DNA from: Escherichia phage WG01
Length of the DNA: 64,000 bases
Strand: one strand, 5' to 3'
Sequence record: NC_031928.1
Part shown: piece after piece, positions 1 to 8,880 of the stretch
Layout: each line of letters opens with the position of its first letter
How positions within the stretch are numbered: the stretch's first letter is position 1
Position numbers and translations under genes: made by a program
The notes under the pieces: generated by a model
What the model saw: the letters and a program-made list of their open reading frames with translations, nothing else
Told to the model about the DNA's origin: nothing
The model's database searches: none

Positions 1-924
1 CCAGAATTGGCTGATGCTCTTCAAGAAGGTTTAGTGTCATTAACATGTCGTCTGGTTCCTGATGCTGCCCATACCACTAAATTTGAAGCGAGTGATGTAG
101 AAATCTCTGATGCTGTATTCCAGGTTAATAAATGGAATGCTCCGGTTAAGACCCGTAAATTGAAGACGGCTTTGACTGTAGAATTAGCGCAGGATATGGA
201 ATCAAATGGCTTTGACGCGCCGGCGTTCTTAGAAGACCTCTTGGCTACAGTAATGGCAGATGAAATTAATAAAGACGTTCTGCAATCTCTAATAACCGTA
301 TCCAAACGTTATAAAGTTACTGGTGTATCTGATAACGGCATCATCGATTTGTCTTATGACAGTGCTCCTGAATCTGCACGTAAACTTTATGAACTCGTTT
401 GTGAGATGAATTCTGAAATCCAGAAAACTACTTCTTATTCTGGCACGTTTGTTGTGGCTTCAAGTCGTGTGGCTGCAATGCTTGCAGGTTCTGGCTGGTT
501 AAAACATAAACCCGAAGATAATAATTGGCTTCCGGAAACTGCATACGGATATTTGTTGAATGGTCTGCCTCTGTTTTGTGACGTTAACAGTCCATTAGAT
601 TATGTTACCGTTGGTGTTAAAGAGAATTACGGCGGTAATGAAGTTGTCGGTTCTATTTTCTACGCTCCCTATACCGAAGGCTTAGATTTAGATGACCAAG
701 AACACGTCGGTGCTTATAAGGTTATTGTTGACCCGGATTCATTACAACCTTCTATTTCTCTGATGGTTCGTTATGCACTATCAGCTAACCCGTACACCGT
801 GGCTAAAGACGATAAAGAAGCTCGTGTTATCGATGCAACCAATATGGATTTAATGGCTGGACAGAGCAATATGTCTTATCTGGTTGGCGTTAAACTTCCG
901 GCAATTATTTACGAGGCTGATTAA
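1..924 (+). CDS. gp23/gp24-family capsid protein, 5' end cut by window edge; the visible 305 aa are gp24 (vertex)-like
   Basis: Open frame from nt 1 with no start in window; about 55-60% identical by eye to the downstream 426-aa paralog; shared motifs VELAQD, NKDVLQSLITVS, YAPYTEGL, ANPYTVAKDDKEAR. Confidence 0.85.
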   Translation, partial: PELADALQEGLVSLTCRLVPDAAHTTKFEASDVEISDAVFQVNKWNAPVKTRKLKTALTVELAQDMESNGFDAPAFLEDLLATVMADEINKDVLQSLITVSKRYKVTGVSDNGIIDLSYDSAPESARKLYELVCEMNSEIQKTTSYSGTFVVASSRVAAMLAGSGWLKHKPEDNNWLPETAYGYLLNGLPLFCDVNSPLDYVTVGVKENYGGNEVVGSIFYAPYTEGLDLDDQEHVGAYKVIVDPDSLQPSISLMVRYALSANPYTVAKDDKEARVIDATNMDLMAGQSNMSYLVGVKLPAIIYEAD

Positions 925-2204
925 TGTCTAAGATTGTAGACCTAATTAAAGAATCCACATTGACGGCTGCCAGCTCGGTTGGCCGTCCTGCTCTTCTTTC
1001 ATACACCCAAGCAACTAATAAACGAATCTTTAAAGCCCTAGTTGCTGAACAAAAAACAAATCAACCGGTTGCTGCTCTGTATGGGGTACGTGTACTGAAT
1101 CCTGACGACAAAATGACTTATCTTGGTGGAGCAACATTTGCGGGCCAGATTGGTATGACGGAACGTGAAAATATTCCAGAATTTACTGATTCATCTACAG
1201 CTTATGCGGTCGGTGATATGTTCCAGTTTGAAAGCGTAGTGTTTAAAGTTCTAGAAGCATCTCCTTTCGCCGGAACCACAGAAACCAACCTCAGCGAAGT
1301 TATTTCTGAAGCAGTGGCAGCCGGCCATATCCGTATGGTGTCGGATGCTGCTATTACTTCTAAATTTGAACAAGGCCATCCTGAAATTGCTGAAACCGGA
1401 TTCCGTATCGACAAATGGCAATCTGAAGTTAAATCACGTAAACTGAAAACTTCATTGACAGTCGAATTAGCCCAAGACCTAGAATCTAACGGGTTTAATG
1501 CTCCTAATTTCGTTGAAAATCTGCTAGGCATTCAAATGGCAGAAGAAATTAATAAGGATGTATTACAGTCATTAATTACCGTGAGCTCTCGTTTTAAAGT
1601 CCAGGGTGTTTCTGAAAAGGGTGTATTAGACCTTACCAACCCTCGCTACGATAATGCCCAGGACCGTGCTCGCACATTATATTATTATATGTGTGAGATG
1701 AACTCTGCCGTCCAACGACAGACTTCTTTTGCCGGGACTTATGCAGTAGCTAGTTCTCGTTGTGCTGCTATTCTCGCCGCCTCTGGTTGGGTTGAGAAAA
1801 AGGAAGACCAGGACGAATTGGCTTATGGTATATTAAAGAATGGCCTACCACTTTATGCCGATATGAATAGTCCATGTGATTATGTTATTGTTGGTGTAAA
1901 TGCCCAGATGGGTGAAGGACAGACGGTCGCATCTTTATATTATGCGCCTTATACGGAAGGTTTGAATGTGGTTGACGAAGAAGGTGATACTTCAGTTGGT
2001 GAATTTAAGGTTATTGTTGACCCGGAAAGCTTACAACCTACAGTAGCATTGCTTGCCCGTTATGCATTGACTGCAAACCCTTATACCGTCGCTAAGGACG
2101 ATAAAGAAGCCCGCATTATTGATGGTTCTGATATGGACAAAATGGCTAATCAAAGTCAATTGAGTTCTTATCTCGGCGTAAAATTACCGCCTTTAGAAAA
2201 ATAA
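924..2204 (+). CDS. 24: gp24-like capsid vertex protein, 426 aa
   Basis: ATG overlaps upstream stop (TAATG); length matches T4 gp24 (~427 aa); lies immediately upstream of rnlB as in T4. Confidence 0.85.
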   Translation: MSKIVDLIKESTLTAASSVGRPALLSYTQATNKRIFKALVAEQKTNQPVAALYGVRVLNPDDKMTYLGGATFAGQIGMTERENIPEFTDSSTAYAVGDMFQFESVVFKVLEASPFAGTTETNLSEVISEAVAAGHIRMVSDAAITSKFEQGHPEIAETGFRIDKWQSEVKSRKLKTSLTVELAQDLESNGFNAPNFVENLLGIQMAEEINKDVLQSLITVSSRFKVQGVSEKGVLDLTNPRYDNAQDRARTLYYYMCEMNSAVQRQTSFAGTYAVASSRCAAILAASGWVEKKEDQDELAYGILKNGLPLYADMNSPCDYVIVGVNAQMGEGQTVASLYYAPYTEGLNVVDEEGDTSVGEFKVIVDPESLQPTVALLARYALTANPYTVAKDDKEARIIDGSDMDKMANQSQLSSYLGVKLPPLEK

Positions 2205-2226
2205 AAGGGACCTTACGGTCCCTTTA
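2205..2226. terminator. Bidirectional hairpin terminator between convergent gp24-like gene and rnlB
   Basis: AAAGGGACC-TTAC-GGTCCCTTT hairpin flanked by A/T runs on both sides. Confidence 0.6.
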
Positions 2227-2230
2227 TCGT

Positions 2231-3238
2231 TTATTTGGATACTAGTTCAATCCATACATGTCTTAATGTTTCTTTTACACACTCAACGAGCTGCTTTTTA
2301 ACTTCAACGGGATTTTCCGCATCAGTTAATTCCAATTCTTCACGGGCGGCTTCTTCAAGGATATCCTGGACTGTCAAGCCCATCACCTTTCCGAAATCCT
2401 TCGGCGATACTTCGCCAATCTTACTGATGACATTGTTAATGCGGTTAACAGTCACATAATCGGTGAATTGCCACATCAAATCCATATCGTCTTGGGACAA
2501 TACCACTGCAACTTTAATAGGCTTATCAGACTTTTTCTTCTCGCTGAATTTAGAGTTCTTACATTTAATCGCCACACGATTTCCGTTTGGAAGCCAGGTA
2601 GGAACATCAGGTTTCAATACAAAGCCTTCAGCCGTGAATACCTTACCTTCTACCTTAGGAATAAAATCGGTTGAGTTTGCAATAGTTAAGCCTGCGTTAT
2701 CCACTGCAAAATTATAATCAGGAACAACTGAATCAAAATCATTAGGAAGTTTAATAAGGTCTTCAAAGCTACCAGTGGCCAGACATGGAGCTACCTTAAA
2801 CTTATGGATAATACAGAAGGCTTCCATCAATGTATCGGTTAGAACAGATTCTGAGCCATCTTCTTTAGTAACTCGGATATCGAACACATAAAAGTCTTTA
2901 TCGCCGTAGTCCACATTCTTCTGGATACCTGTCCCAGCGAATTCGCCATAAATCTGGTATGACTGATAATTAATCGATTCAATTAGATGTTGAACTGATT
3001 TAATAGAATCAGCGTAGTTCTTAAGTACAATTTCATAACCATAGAAATCTTCAGCAGGGAGGATAGGGCCAGTGCGCTTGGCGCATGTGACTGCGTCACG
3101 TTCTATGATTAAACTAAAGTTGGTTCCATGAATCTTCTCACGTGCTACCCATTCACCACCAGTCAAACCGTTAGTACGGAGTTTTTCGATAAACTTACTG
3201 TTGTAGTGGTTTTCGAGACTGCTATATTTCTTGAACAT
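2231..3238 (-). CDS. rnlB: RNA ligase 2 (Rnl2)
   Basis: 335 aa; N-terminus [20 protein letters not shown] and KIHGTNF adenylation motif closely match remembered T4 Rnl2. Confidence 0.93.
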   Translation of the reverse strand: MFKKYSSLENHYNSKFIEKLRTNGLTGGEWVAREKIHGTNFSLIIERDAVTCAKRTGPILPAEDFYGYEIVLKNYADSIKSVQHLIESINYQSYQIYGEFAGTGIQKNVDYGDKDFYVFDIRVTKEDGSESVLTDTLMEAFCIIHKFKVAPCLATGSFEDLIKLPNDFDSVVPDYNFAVDNAGLTIANSTDFIPKVEGKVFTAEGFVLKPDVPTWLPNGNRVAIKCKNSKFSEKKKSDKPIKVAVVLSQDDMDLMWQFTDYVTVNRINNVISKIGEVSPKDFGKVMGLTVQDILEEAAREELELTDAENPVEVKKQLVECVKETLRHVWIELVSK

Positions 3239-3352
3239 AAATCACCATAATAAATATAATTAAATAGAAGAGCTAGTAGTCTTCTGTCACCAAGCCAAAT
3301 GGTTTAACGGAAGGACCTAGACCCATTATATCACACCTAAATTTAAAGCATA

Positions 3353-3562
3353 TTACTTTGAACTAGAACGCGCTTTGCGCCGAACCTTGTTGTTCAATCT
3401 TTTACGATAAACAACCTTTTCTTTCGCTTTAAATTTGGCCTTGGCTTGTTCTACATCAACCCATGCTTTGGCCATGTCCTTAGCGGTCCCGCCCATTTTT
3501 TTAGCAATTTCTATAAAATTCAACCCAGATTCGTGTAAAAAATGTACTTTAACCTTATCCAT
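3353..3562 (-). CDS. Small basic protein with helix-turn-helix-like segment (69 aa from ATG)
   Basis: Track ORF 3353..3601 starts at GTG; first ATG at 3562 gives MDKVKVHFL...; segment SGLNFIEIAKKMGGTAKDMAKAW and very basic C-terminus; early-type promoter upstream. Confidence 0.5.
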   Translation of the reverse strand: MDKVKVHFLHESGLNFIEIAKKMGGTAKDMAKAWVDVEQAKAKFKAKEKVVYRKRLNNKVRRKARSSSK

Positions 3563-3591
3563 AACAATTCTCTCGTTGAGTTGGTAAACCC

Positions 3592-3621
3592 ATCTTAACA
3601 CAGAATTTTTAACTTGTAAAC
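3592..3621 (-). promoter_or_regulatory. T4-type early promoter candidate
   Basis: Minus strand GTTTAC, 17-nt spacer, TTAAGAT, about 30 nt upstream of ATG at 3562. Confidence 0.4.
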
Positions 3622-3644
3622 AGGAATTTTGTACTTTAATGCAA

Positions 3645-3664
3645 AATGGGCCTTGCGGCCCATT
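3645..3664 (-). terminator. Hairpin terminator downstream of hoc
   Basis: AATGGGCC-GCAA-GGCCCATT followed by U-rich tract on minus strand. Confidence 0.5.
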
Positions 3665-3665
3665 A

Positions 3666-4514
3666 TTAATAAATGTAATCGTATATAATACCAGCTTCTA
3701 AAGCGGTGCGATGAATAATTCGACCATTACGAGATTCTTGTACATCAACCTCTGAATAGTCGGTAATCATTTTTTGAAGTGTATATCGGTGCAAATAATA
3801 CGGGCTATCCGGGTCATCTGTTTTCCAGTCTTTGCCTTCAAGAGTCATTTTCTGGATTTCATCCATAACCCACCAACCAACCCAAATATATGCTGAATTA
3901 CGAACAGGGAGTGGATGAACGTAAGGTAATTCGCCATCCGGAACCGGTGCGACTTTAGCCGTGACTGTTACATTACCGGTTTTTGTGACAGTCGCCGGGT
4001 TATAATCAGTCGCCGAAACCACAACAGAAACTTCAATAACCTGTGAACCTTCAGTGCTTGTATCGATTGCTAGAGTATCCGTGGTGCCAACTACAGGAGA
4101 ACCGTCTTTCTTCCAAGAATAGGCAAAAGTAGCACCAGCAGGAGCGCCGACCACATCCGCTTTAAAAGAAGCTGGAGTGCCTTCCGGAACATTAATCGAA
4201 GCTGGGGTTAATGTCACAGAAACACCGGAAATGGTTTTATTCTGGATAGTTAAAGTTGTTTCGGCTTCAGCTGTTTCTGGTTCGCCGTCAGCCGGTGTAG
4301 TTGTTGCAACAACTTTAATAGTCTTGCTGCCTGCCGGGCCAACAGCAACATAATCCATTGCAGCAGTCACAGAAGATTGAGGAACGCCATCAACGGTCCA
4401 GACAAATGATTCGGTACCTTCAGCTGCAGCACCGGAACCGGTCGCAGTGAAATTGGTTGTTGCTCCAATAACGGCCGTAGCCGCCAAAGGAGCCATATCT
4501 ACGGTATAAGCCAT
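3666..4514 (-). CDS. hoc: Hoc-like outer capsid decoration protein with Ig-like repeats
   Basis: 282 aa; Thr/Val/Ala-rich beta-rich repeats and W-rich C-terminal segment (YIWVGWWVMDEIQKM); position between rnlB and inh as in T4. Confidence 0.7.
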   Translation of the reverse strand: MAYTVDMAPLAATAVIGATTNFTATGSGAAAEGTESFVWTVDGVPQSSVTAAMDYVAVGPAGSKTIKVVATTTPADGEPETAEAETTLTIQNKTISGVSVTLTPASINVPEGTPASFKADVVGAPAGATFAYSWKKDGSPVVGTTDTLAIDTSTEGSQVIEVSVVVSATDYNPATVTKTGNVTVTAKVAPVPDGELPYVHPLPVRNSAYIWVGWWVMDEIQKMTLEGKDWKTDDPDSPYYLHRYTLQKMITDYSEVDVQESRNGRIIHRTALEAGIIYDYIY

Positions 4515-4523
4515 AATAAACCC

Positions 4524-5195
4524 TTATTTTAAAGTGACAAAAGATGAGTTACGAGTTTCACGTACTAATACTGAACCATTACGATTAATGTAATAAATCA
4601 GACTAAATAATGTTTGGTGGGCAGAAGGATGTTGGAAAGCAGTTGGACGTTCTTTCCAATCCGGAGTCTCAGAAATCCATTGGTAAATCCACCAAGGAAC
4701 GGTGCAATAACCTGGGTTCTTACCGATAAGCAAAAGATTAGGACTGAAGTTTTCAGGTAAAGAGAATACAGGTTTTTCAGATTCAACAACCTTGGCTATA
4801 GCCCCTTTGAATTTCTCTTCGTCAAATGGAACATCCTCTTCGATAATCTCTACCTTAGGAAGTTCGGCTACCTCAACGACTTCTACTGCAGCCTCAGGGG
4901 CATCGAACAACAGGGTGGCTTCTTCTTTAGCTGGTTCAGCACCATCAACAAATTCGTTAGCACCTGTAAGTTCGTCGGCAGCATCAATCAAATCAGAAAT
5001 GGACAACCCTTCGGTTTCTGGGAGTGGTTCGTCAGCCAAGGCTTTAAGGCCTTCAGAGATATCGATAATCAAATTATCAAACGAACGGGTTTTCTTAAGT
5101 TTTAAACCGAACTGTTCGCCGTATTCGATTAACTTAGCTTTAGCTTCTTTTTTATCTTCGAGTGCACGAAGCTCTTCAATATATTGAGTATCCAT
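4524..5195 (-). CDS. inh: Inh-like head protein (inhibitor of prohead protease)
   Basis: 223 aa, acidic; position between hoc and uvsW; size matches T4 Inh (~226 aa). Confidence 0.6.
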   Translation of the reverse strand: MDTQYIEELRALEDKKEAKAKLIEYGEQFGLKLKKTRSFDNLIIDISEGLKALADEPLPETEGLSISDLIDAADELTGANEFVDGAEPAKEEATLLFDAPEAAVEVVEVAELPKVEIIEEDVPFDEEKFKGAIAKVVESEKPVFSLPENFSPNLLLIGKNPGYCTVPWWIYQWISETPDWKERPTAFQHPSAHQTLFSLIYYINRNGSVLVRETRNSSFVTLK

Positions 5196-5214
5196 AATTA
5201 GTCTCTTGTTGGTG

Positions 5215-5222
5215 TATAAATA
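5215..5222 (+). promoter_or_regulatory. T4 late promoter TATAAATA for uvsW
   Basis: Exact TATAAATA 29 nt upstream of uvsW ATG. Confidence 0.6.
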
Positions 5223-5228
5223 TAACTA

Positions 5229-5236
5229 TATTTATA
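5229..5236 (-). promoter_or_regulatory. T4 late promoter TATAAATA (minus strand) for inh-hoc
   Basis: Plus-strand tatttata is TATAAATA on minus strand, about 34 nt upstream of inh ATG; divergent with the uvsW late promoter. Confidence 0.55.
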
Positions 5237-5250
5237 ACTGAGAATTACTT

Positions 5251-6747
5251 ATGCAAATTCAAGTACATTTTGATAATTTTAGTCATGTCCGTATTGAATG
5301 CGATGAATCTACATTCTACGAACTCAGAGACTATTTTAGCTTTGAAGCTGATGGATATAAATTCAACCCTAAATTTCGTTATGGTCAATGGGACGGACGT
5401 ATTCGCCTTCTGGATTACAACCGTAAACTTCCTTATGGATTGGTCCCTCAAATTAAAAAGTTCGCTGAACAATTTGAATACTCTCTGTGGATTGACCCAC
5501 GTATTCTTGAACAGGAAGATATTTCTCGTGAAGATTTTGATTCATGGGTGGCTTCTCAAGAAATTTATTCAGGGTCTACCAAGATTGAGCCTCATTGGTA
5601 TCAGAATGAAGCCGTATACAACGGCCTGACAAAACGTCGCGCAATTCTGAATTTACCTACATCTGCAGGTAAATCATTAATCCAGGCACTCCTGAGTCGA
5701 TATTACGTTGAGAACTATGAAGGTAAAATCCTCATCTTAGTTCCTACTACTGCACTTGTCGACCAGATGATTAACGACTTCATCGATTATCGTCTGTTCC
5801 CTAAAGCCGCAATGCTTGGTATTCGTTCAGGTACTGCTCGTGATTCCGATGCAATGATTTATGTTTCAACTTATCAAACCGCTATCAAGCAACCTAAAGA
5901 ATGGTTTGCTCAGTTCGGTATGTTTATGAACGACGAATGCCATTTGGCTACAGGTAAATCTATTTCTACTATCATCGAAGGCCTAACCAACTGTATGTTT
6001 AAATTCGGTTTGTCGGGTTCTTTAAAAGATGGTAAAGCTAATTTAATGCAATATATGGGTTTGTTTGGTGATGTGTTTAAGCCAGTATCCACCTCCCAGT
6101 TAATGGAAGAAGGACAGGTTACTGACCTTAAAATCAACAGTATTTTCCTTCGATACCCAGACGAATTCACGGTTAAAATGAAAGGTAAAGATTACCAATC
6201 AGAAATCAAGGTCATTACTAAGGCTACTCGTCGTAATAAATGGGTTGCTAATTTAGCTGTTAAACTCGCTAAGAAAGAAGAGAACGTATTCCTGATGTTT
6301 AAAAACATCGAACACGGTAAAACTCTTTTTGAAATGGTTAAAGAGCAACATAAAGAAGTTTATTACGTATCAGGTGAAGTTAATACCGAAACGCGTAATG
6401 CTCTGAAAGTAATGGCGGAAAATGGTAAGGGTATTATTGTTGTGGCAAGTTATGGTGTGTTCTCTACTGGTATTTCCGTTAAGAACCTTCACCACGTTGT
6501 ATTTGCCCATCCAGTAAAATCTAAAATCATTGTACTCCAGACAATTGGTCGTGTACTCCGTAAACATGCCTCTAAATCAACAGCACAGGTGTGGGATATC
6601 ATCGACGACATGGGTGTTAAGCCTAAATCAGCTACGGCTAAAAAGAAATATGTTCATTTGAACTACGCCCTCAAACACGCTTTAGAACGTATTCAACGTT
6701 ATGCTGATGAGAAATTTAATTACGTAATGAAACAGGTGGATTTATGA
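5251..6747 (+). CDS. uvsW: UvsW SF2 DNA/RNA helicase
   Basis: 498 aa; N-terminus MQIQVHFDNFSHVRIECDESTFYELRDYFSFEADGYKFNP closely matches remembered T4 UvsW; Walker A PTSAGKS and DECH box. Confidence 0.95.
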   Translation: MQIQVHFDNFSHVRIECDESTFYELRDYFSFEADGYKFNPKFRYGQWDGRIRLLDYNRKLPYGLVPQIKKFAEQFEYSLWIDPRILEQEDISREDFDSWVASQEIYSGSTKIEPHWYQNEAVYNGLTKRRAILNLPTSAGKSLIQALLSRYYVENYEGKILILVPTTALVDQMINDFIDYRLFPKAAMLGIRSGTARDSDAMIYVSTYQTAIKQPKEWFAQFGMFMNDECHLATGKSISTIIEGLTNCMFKFGLSGSLKDGKANLMQYMGLFGDVFKPVSTSQLMEEGQVTDLKINSIFLRYPDEFTVKMKGKDYQSEIKVITKATRRNKWVANLAVKLAKKEENVFLMFKNIEHGKTLFEMVKEQHKEVYYVSGEVNTETRNALKVMAENGKGIIVVASYGVFSTGISVKNLHHVVFAHPVKSKIIVLQTIGRVLRKHASKSTAQVWDIIDDMGVKPKSATAKKKYVHLNYALKHALERIQRYADEKFNYVMKQVDL

Positions 6748-6971
6748 AAACCTTTAAAGAAGTTATTCAAGAAGCATCTATTGAAAGCTTCATGGCTAAA
6801 ATTGGTTCTTGTCAGACTATGGACGGTCTGAAGGAACTAGAGAAGTATTACAAAACTCGTAGTAAGGAAGCTGAACTTCGTGATTCGGACGATATTAGCG
6901 TGCGTGATGCATTGGCTGGTAAGAGAGCTGAATTGGAGTCGATGGACGACGAGGAAGAGGAAGATTTCTAA
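6744..6971 (+). CDS. uvsW.1: UvsW.1 small acidic helicase accessory protein
   Basis: 75 aa, overlaps uvsW stop; acidic C-terminus DDEEEEDF. Confidence 0.8.
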   Translation: MKTFKEVIQEASIESFMAKIGSCQTMDGLKELEKYYKTRSKEAELRDSDDISVRDALAGKRAELESMDDEEEEDF

Positions 6972-6979
6972 ACAAAAAA

Positions 6980-7001
6980 GGCCCAACCTTTCGGAAGGGC
7001 C
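6980..7001. terminator. Hairpin terminator between uvsW.1 and the uvsY operon
   Basis: GGCCC..CC-TTTC-GG..GGGCC hairpin preceded by A7 on plus (U7 on minus). Confidence 0.5.
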
Positions 7002-7030
7002 AATAACCATAAATGGCTATACACACTAGA

Positions 7031-7198
7031 CTAAAGTAGTAATTGGGTTTCGTTCAGCTGTTCTTCAGTGTTTTCCGTAACCGGCAAGCTTTGAACGTAA
7101 TTATAGCATGAGCCCGGATGAACCGGACCTTTTTCTGTTTCAACAACCAATGCAGCATCGATTGGAGTTTTACAGACAACGCAAATCTTATCTGACAT
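7031..7198 (-). CDS. uvsY.-2-like small Cys-containing protein (55 aa)
   Basis: Translated by hand: MSDKICVVCKTPIDAALVVETEKGPVHPGSCYNYVQSLPVTENTEEQLNETQLLL; not in ORF track (under 60 aa); position downstream of uvsY as in T4. Confidence 0.6.
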   Translation of the reverse strand: MSDKICVVCKTPIDAALVVETEKGPVHPGSCYNYVQSLPVTENTEEQLNETQLLL

Positions 7199-7226
7199 GA
7201 TTGTCTCCTTAGTTTAACTTACATAC

Positions 7227-7325
7227 CTATTTATTACTTGCTAAAGCAGCATTAATGAATTCTTGGAGAAGTTTCATCTTATCGGCATCTACTTTAATGG
7301 GTTTGGTATTTTTAGTACGTCTCAT
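7227..7325 (-). CDS. Small ORF (32 aa), possible uvsY.-1 equivalent
   Basis: ATG overlaps uvsY stop (TAATG); MRRTKNTKPIKVDADKMKLLQEFINAALASNK. Confidence 0.35.
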   Translation of the reverse strand: MRRTKNTKPIKVDADKMKLLQEFINAALASNK

Positions 7326-7759
7326 TATTTACCCGCCTCAAATTGTCTCATCTCATGCATGGTCTTAAGGTTAAAACCACGCGCCTTAATAGCATCAAGT
7401 GCTGAACTACAAAAGTCTTGTAATAAAGCCCAATACTGAATTGATGTGTCGATTTTAATTACACTAGAATCCGCAGCCATAACGGTCTTTAATTCAGATT
7501 TCTCATATTGGTCCATACAAACCTCATCACCAGGCTCTCCACGTCCCGTGTAGAAATCTAATCGCTTCTTAAGTGAGGTCTTTTTCTGGATTTCTAATCT
7601 CATTATTTCTTTCTTACAATTCGTATACAGCCTTAGCCATTTGCTGTGCAGCAAAACGTTGTTCTGTACTTCATATTGTAAACGAGTTCCATCAATCTTT
7701 AAATCCTCGTCTAATGCGTCCTGGAATGATTCTAACTTATATTCAATCTCTTTACTCAT
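7325..7759 (-). CDS. uvsY: UvsY recombination mediator
   Basis: Start placed at MSKEIEYK (track ORF extends to 7792); KIDGTRLQYEVQNNVLLHSKWL and C-terminal GFNLKTMHEMRQFEAGK match remembered T4 UvsY. Confidence 0.9.
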   Translation of the reverse strand: MSKEIEYKLESFQDALDEDLKIDGTRLQYEVQNNVLLHSKWLRLYTNCKKEIMRLEIQKKTSLKKRLDFYTGRGEPGDEVCMDQYEKSELKTVMAADSSVIKIDTSIQYWALLQDFCSSALDAIKARGFNLKTMHEMRQFEAGK

Positions 7760-7791
7760 CGCATGTTTCCTGTGTAATAACCATAGGACCA

Positions 7792-7817
7792 TTATACACT
7801 ATTCATTTGAACAGCAA
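7792..7817 (-). promoter_or_regulatory. Possible MotA-dependent middle promoter for uvsY
   Basis: Minus strand TTGCTGTTCA (imperfect MotA box), 13 nt, TATAAT. Confidence 0.3.
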
Positions 7818-8207
7818 TTAACCACTCTGTGAGAGCTGGATTCTAATTTGCTCTAATGTATCTGGGTCATCAACGATACTAAACTGAACGGTCACGATAA
7901 TCGAGTTATCATCGTACACAGGTGTCACACCTACAGCTAGAGCAGAAATTCTGGGTTCGAAGTTCCGCACTGCGGAAACTATATTACGCTTAATGGTATC
8001 CGTGATTAATGGAGTAATATTCTCAAACAATTGGTTGCTGATGTCACAACCGAATTCAGGCATAAAAGGGCGCGAACCCTTGCGAGTAGTAATAATGCCT
8101 AACAAACTATTTTTTACTGCGCGAGCACCTGTAGCTTTAGCGACGTCTCTATTCCAAGACGTCCTCATTTCAGGGTCTAAATCTGAATACATTTTATTGA
8201 TATTCAT
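7818..8207 (-). CDS. 25: Baseplate wedge protein gp25
   Basis: 129 aa; MNINKMYSDLDPEM...LLGIITTRKGSRPFMPEFGCD matches remembered T4 gp25. Confidence 0.92.
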   Translation of the reverse strand: MNINKMYSDLDPEMRTSWNRDVAKATGARAVKNSLLGIITTRKGSRPFMPEFGCDISNQLFENITPLITDTIKRNIVSAVRNFEPRISALAVGVTPVYDDNSIIVTVQFSIVDDPDTLEQIRIQLSQSG

Positions 8208-8830
8208 TACATCACCTTAAAGAACTCTTTAAGTCCCTCAATAACGTGGACGGTGTGTTCACCACATTCACAAGAAATAGGTATAGCCAAAATAGGCTTA
8301 GGGGCGACTAGTGCATCATAAACTTCTTTTATATCTTTTTCTGTTATCACAGAATAAAGGTCATCAAGTTCCGCATCGCTTAAATCGGAAAGAAGAAGCT
8401 TTTCGCCTGCAGAAGTTAAAATATAATCGATACACCCTGCGACCATCATAGCTCTATTTTTATCTTCAAAGAGTTTAGGATATCTGAAAACAATTTTAAA
8501 GTTGCCAAAGTCTTTAATAACATCCGGCTCTTTACCCAATGTTGCTCGAGTTAGTGTCATAGGGACAACCTGTGAGCGGCCACAACTACAACTCCACTCA
8601 CGTTCTATATTCACTTCAGCTAATGAATGGGCCCATAGGTTTATCACCAGGAGCTCAGATTCTTGCTTGTTTAAATCACGGGCATCTGTGCAATTCGAAA
8701 TGAGTTCATTGATAAAGGACTCTATTCTGCCTTCTAATTTAGCTTGGAGCAAGTCCTTATACTCTCTGAGGGTAAATGCTCTGCATTTTATGGTTTTGTT
8801 TTTAATTTTTACGTCAAAAGTATAATTCAT
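8207..8830 (-). CDS. 26: Baseplate hub protein gp26
   Basis: 207 aa; position and size as T4 gp26; overlaps gp25 start. Confidence 0.8.
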   Translation of the reverse strand: MNYTFDVKIKNKTIKCRAFTLREYKDLLQAKLEGRIESFINELISNCTDARDLNKQESELLVINLWAHSLAEVNIEREWSCSCGRSQVVPMTLTRATLGKEPDVIKDFGNFKIVFRYPKLFEDKNRAMMVAGCIDYILTSAGEKLLLSDLSDAELDDLYSVITEKDIKEVYDALVAPKPILAIPISCECGEHTVHVIEGLKEFFKVM

Positions 8831-8848
8831 TGTCTTCTCCTTTAAGCT

Positions 8849-8856
8849 TATTTATA
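8849..8856 (-). promoter_or_regulatory. T4 late promoter TATAAATA (minus strand) for genes 26-25
   Basis: Plus-strand tatttata 19 nt upstream of gp26 ATG; overlaps the divergent gp51 late promoter. Confidence 0.55.
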
Positions 8857-8860
8857 AATA
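8853..8860 (+). promoter_or_regulatory. T4 late promoter TATAAATA for gene 51
   Basis: Exact TATAAATA 21 nt upstream of gp51 ATG (8881). Confidence 0.55.
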
Positions 8861-8880
8861 CATCAATAAGAGGACACCCT

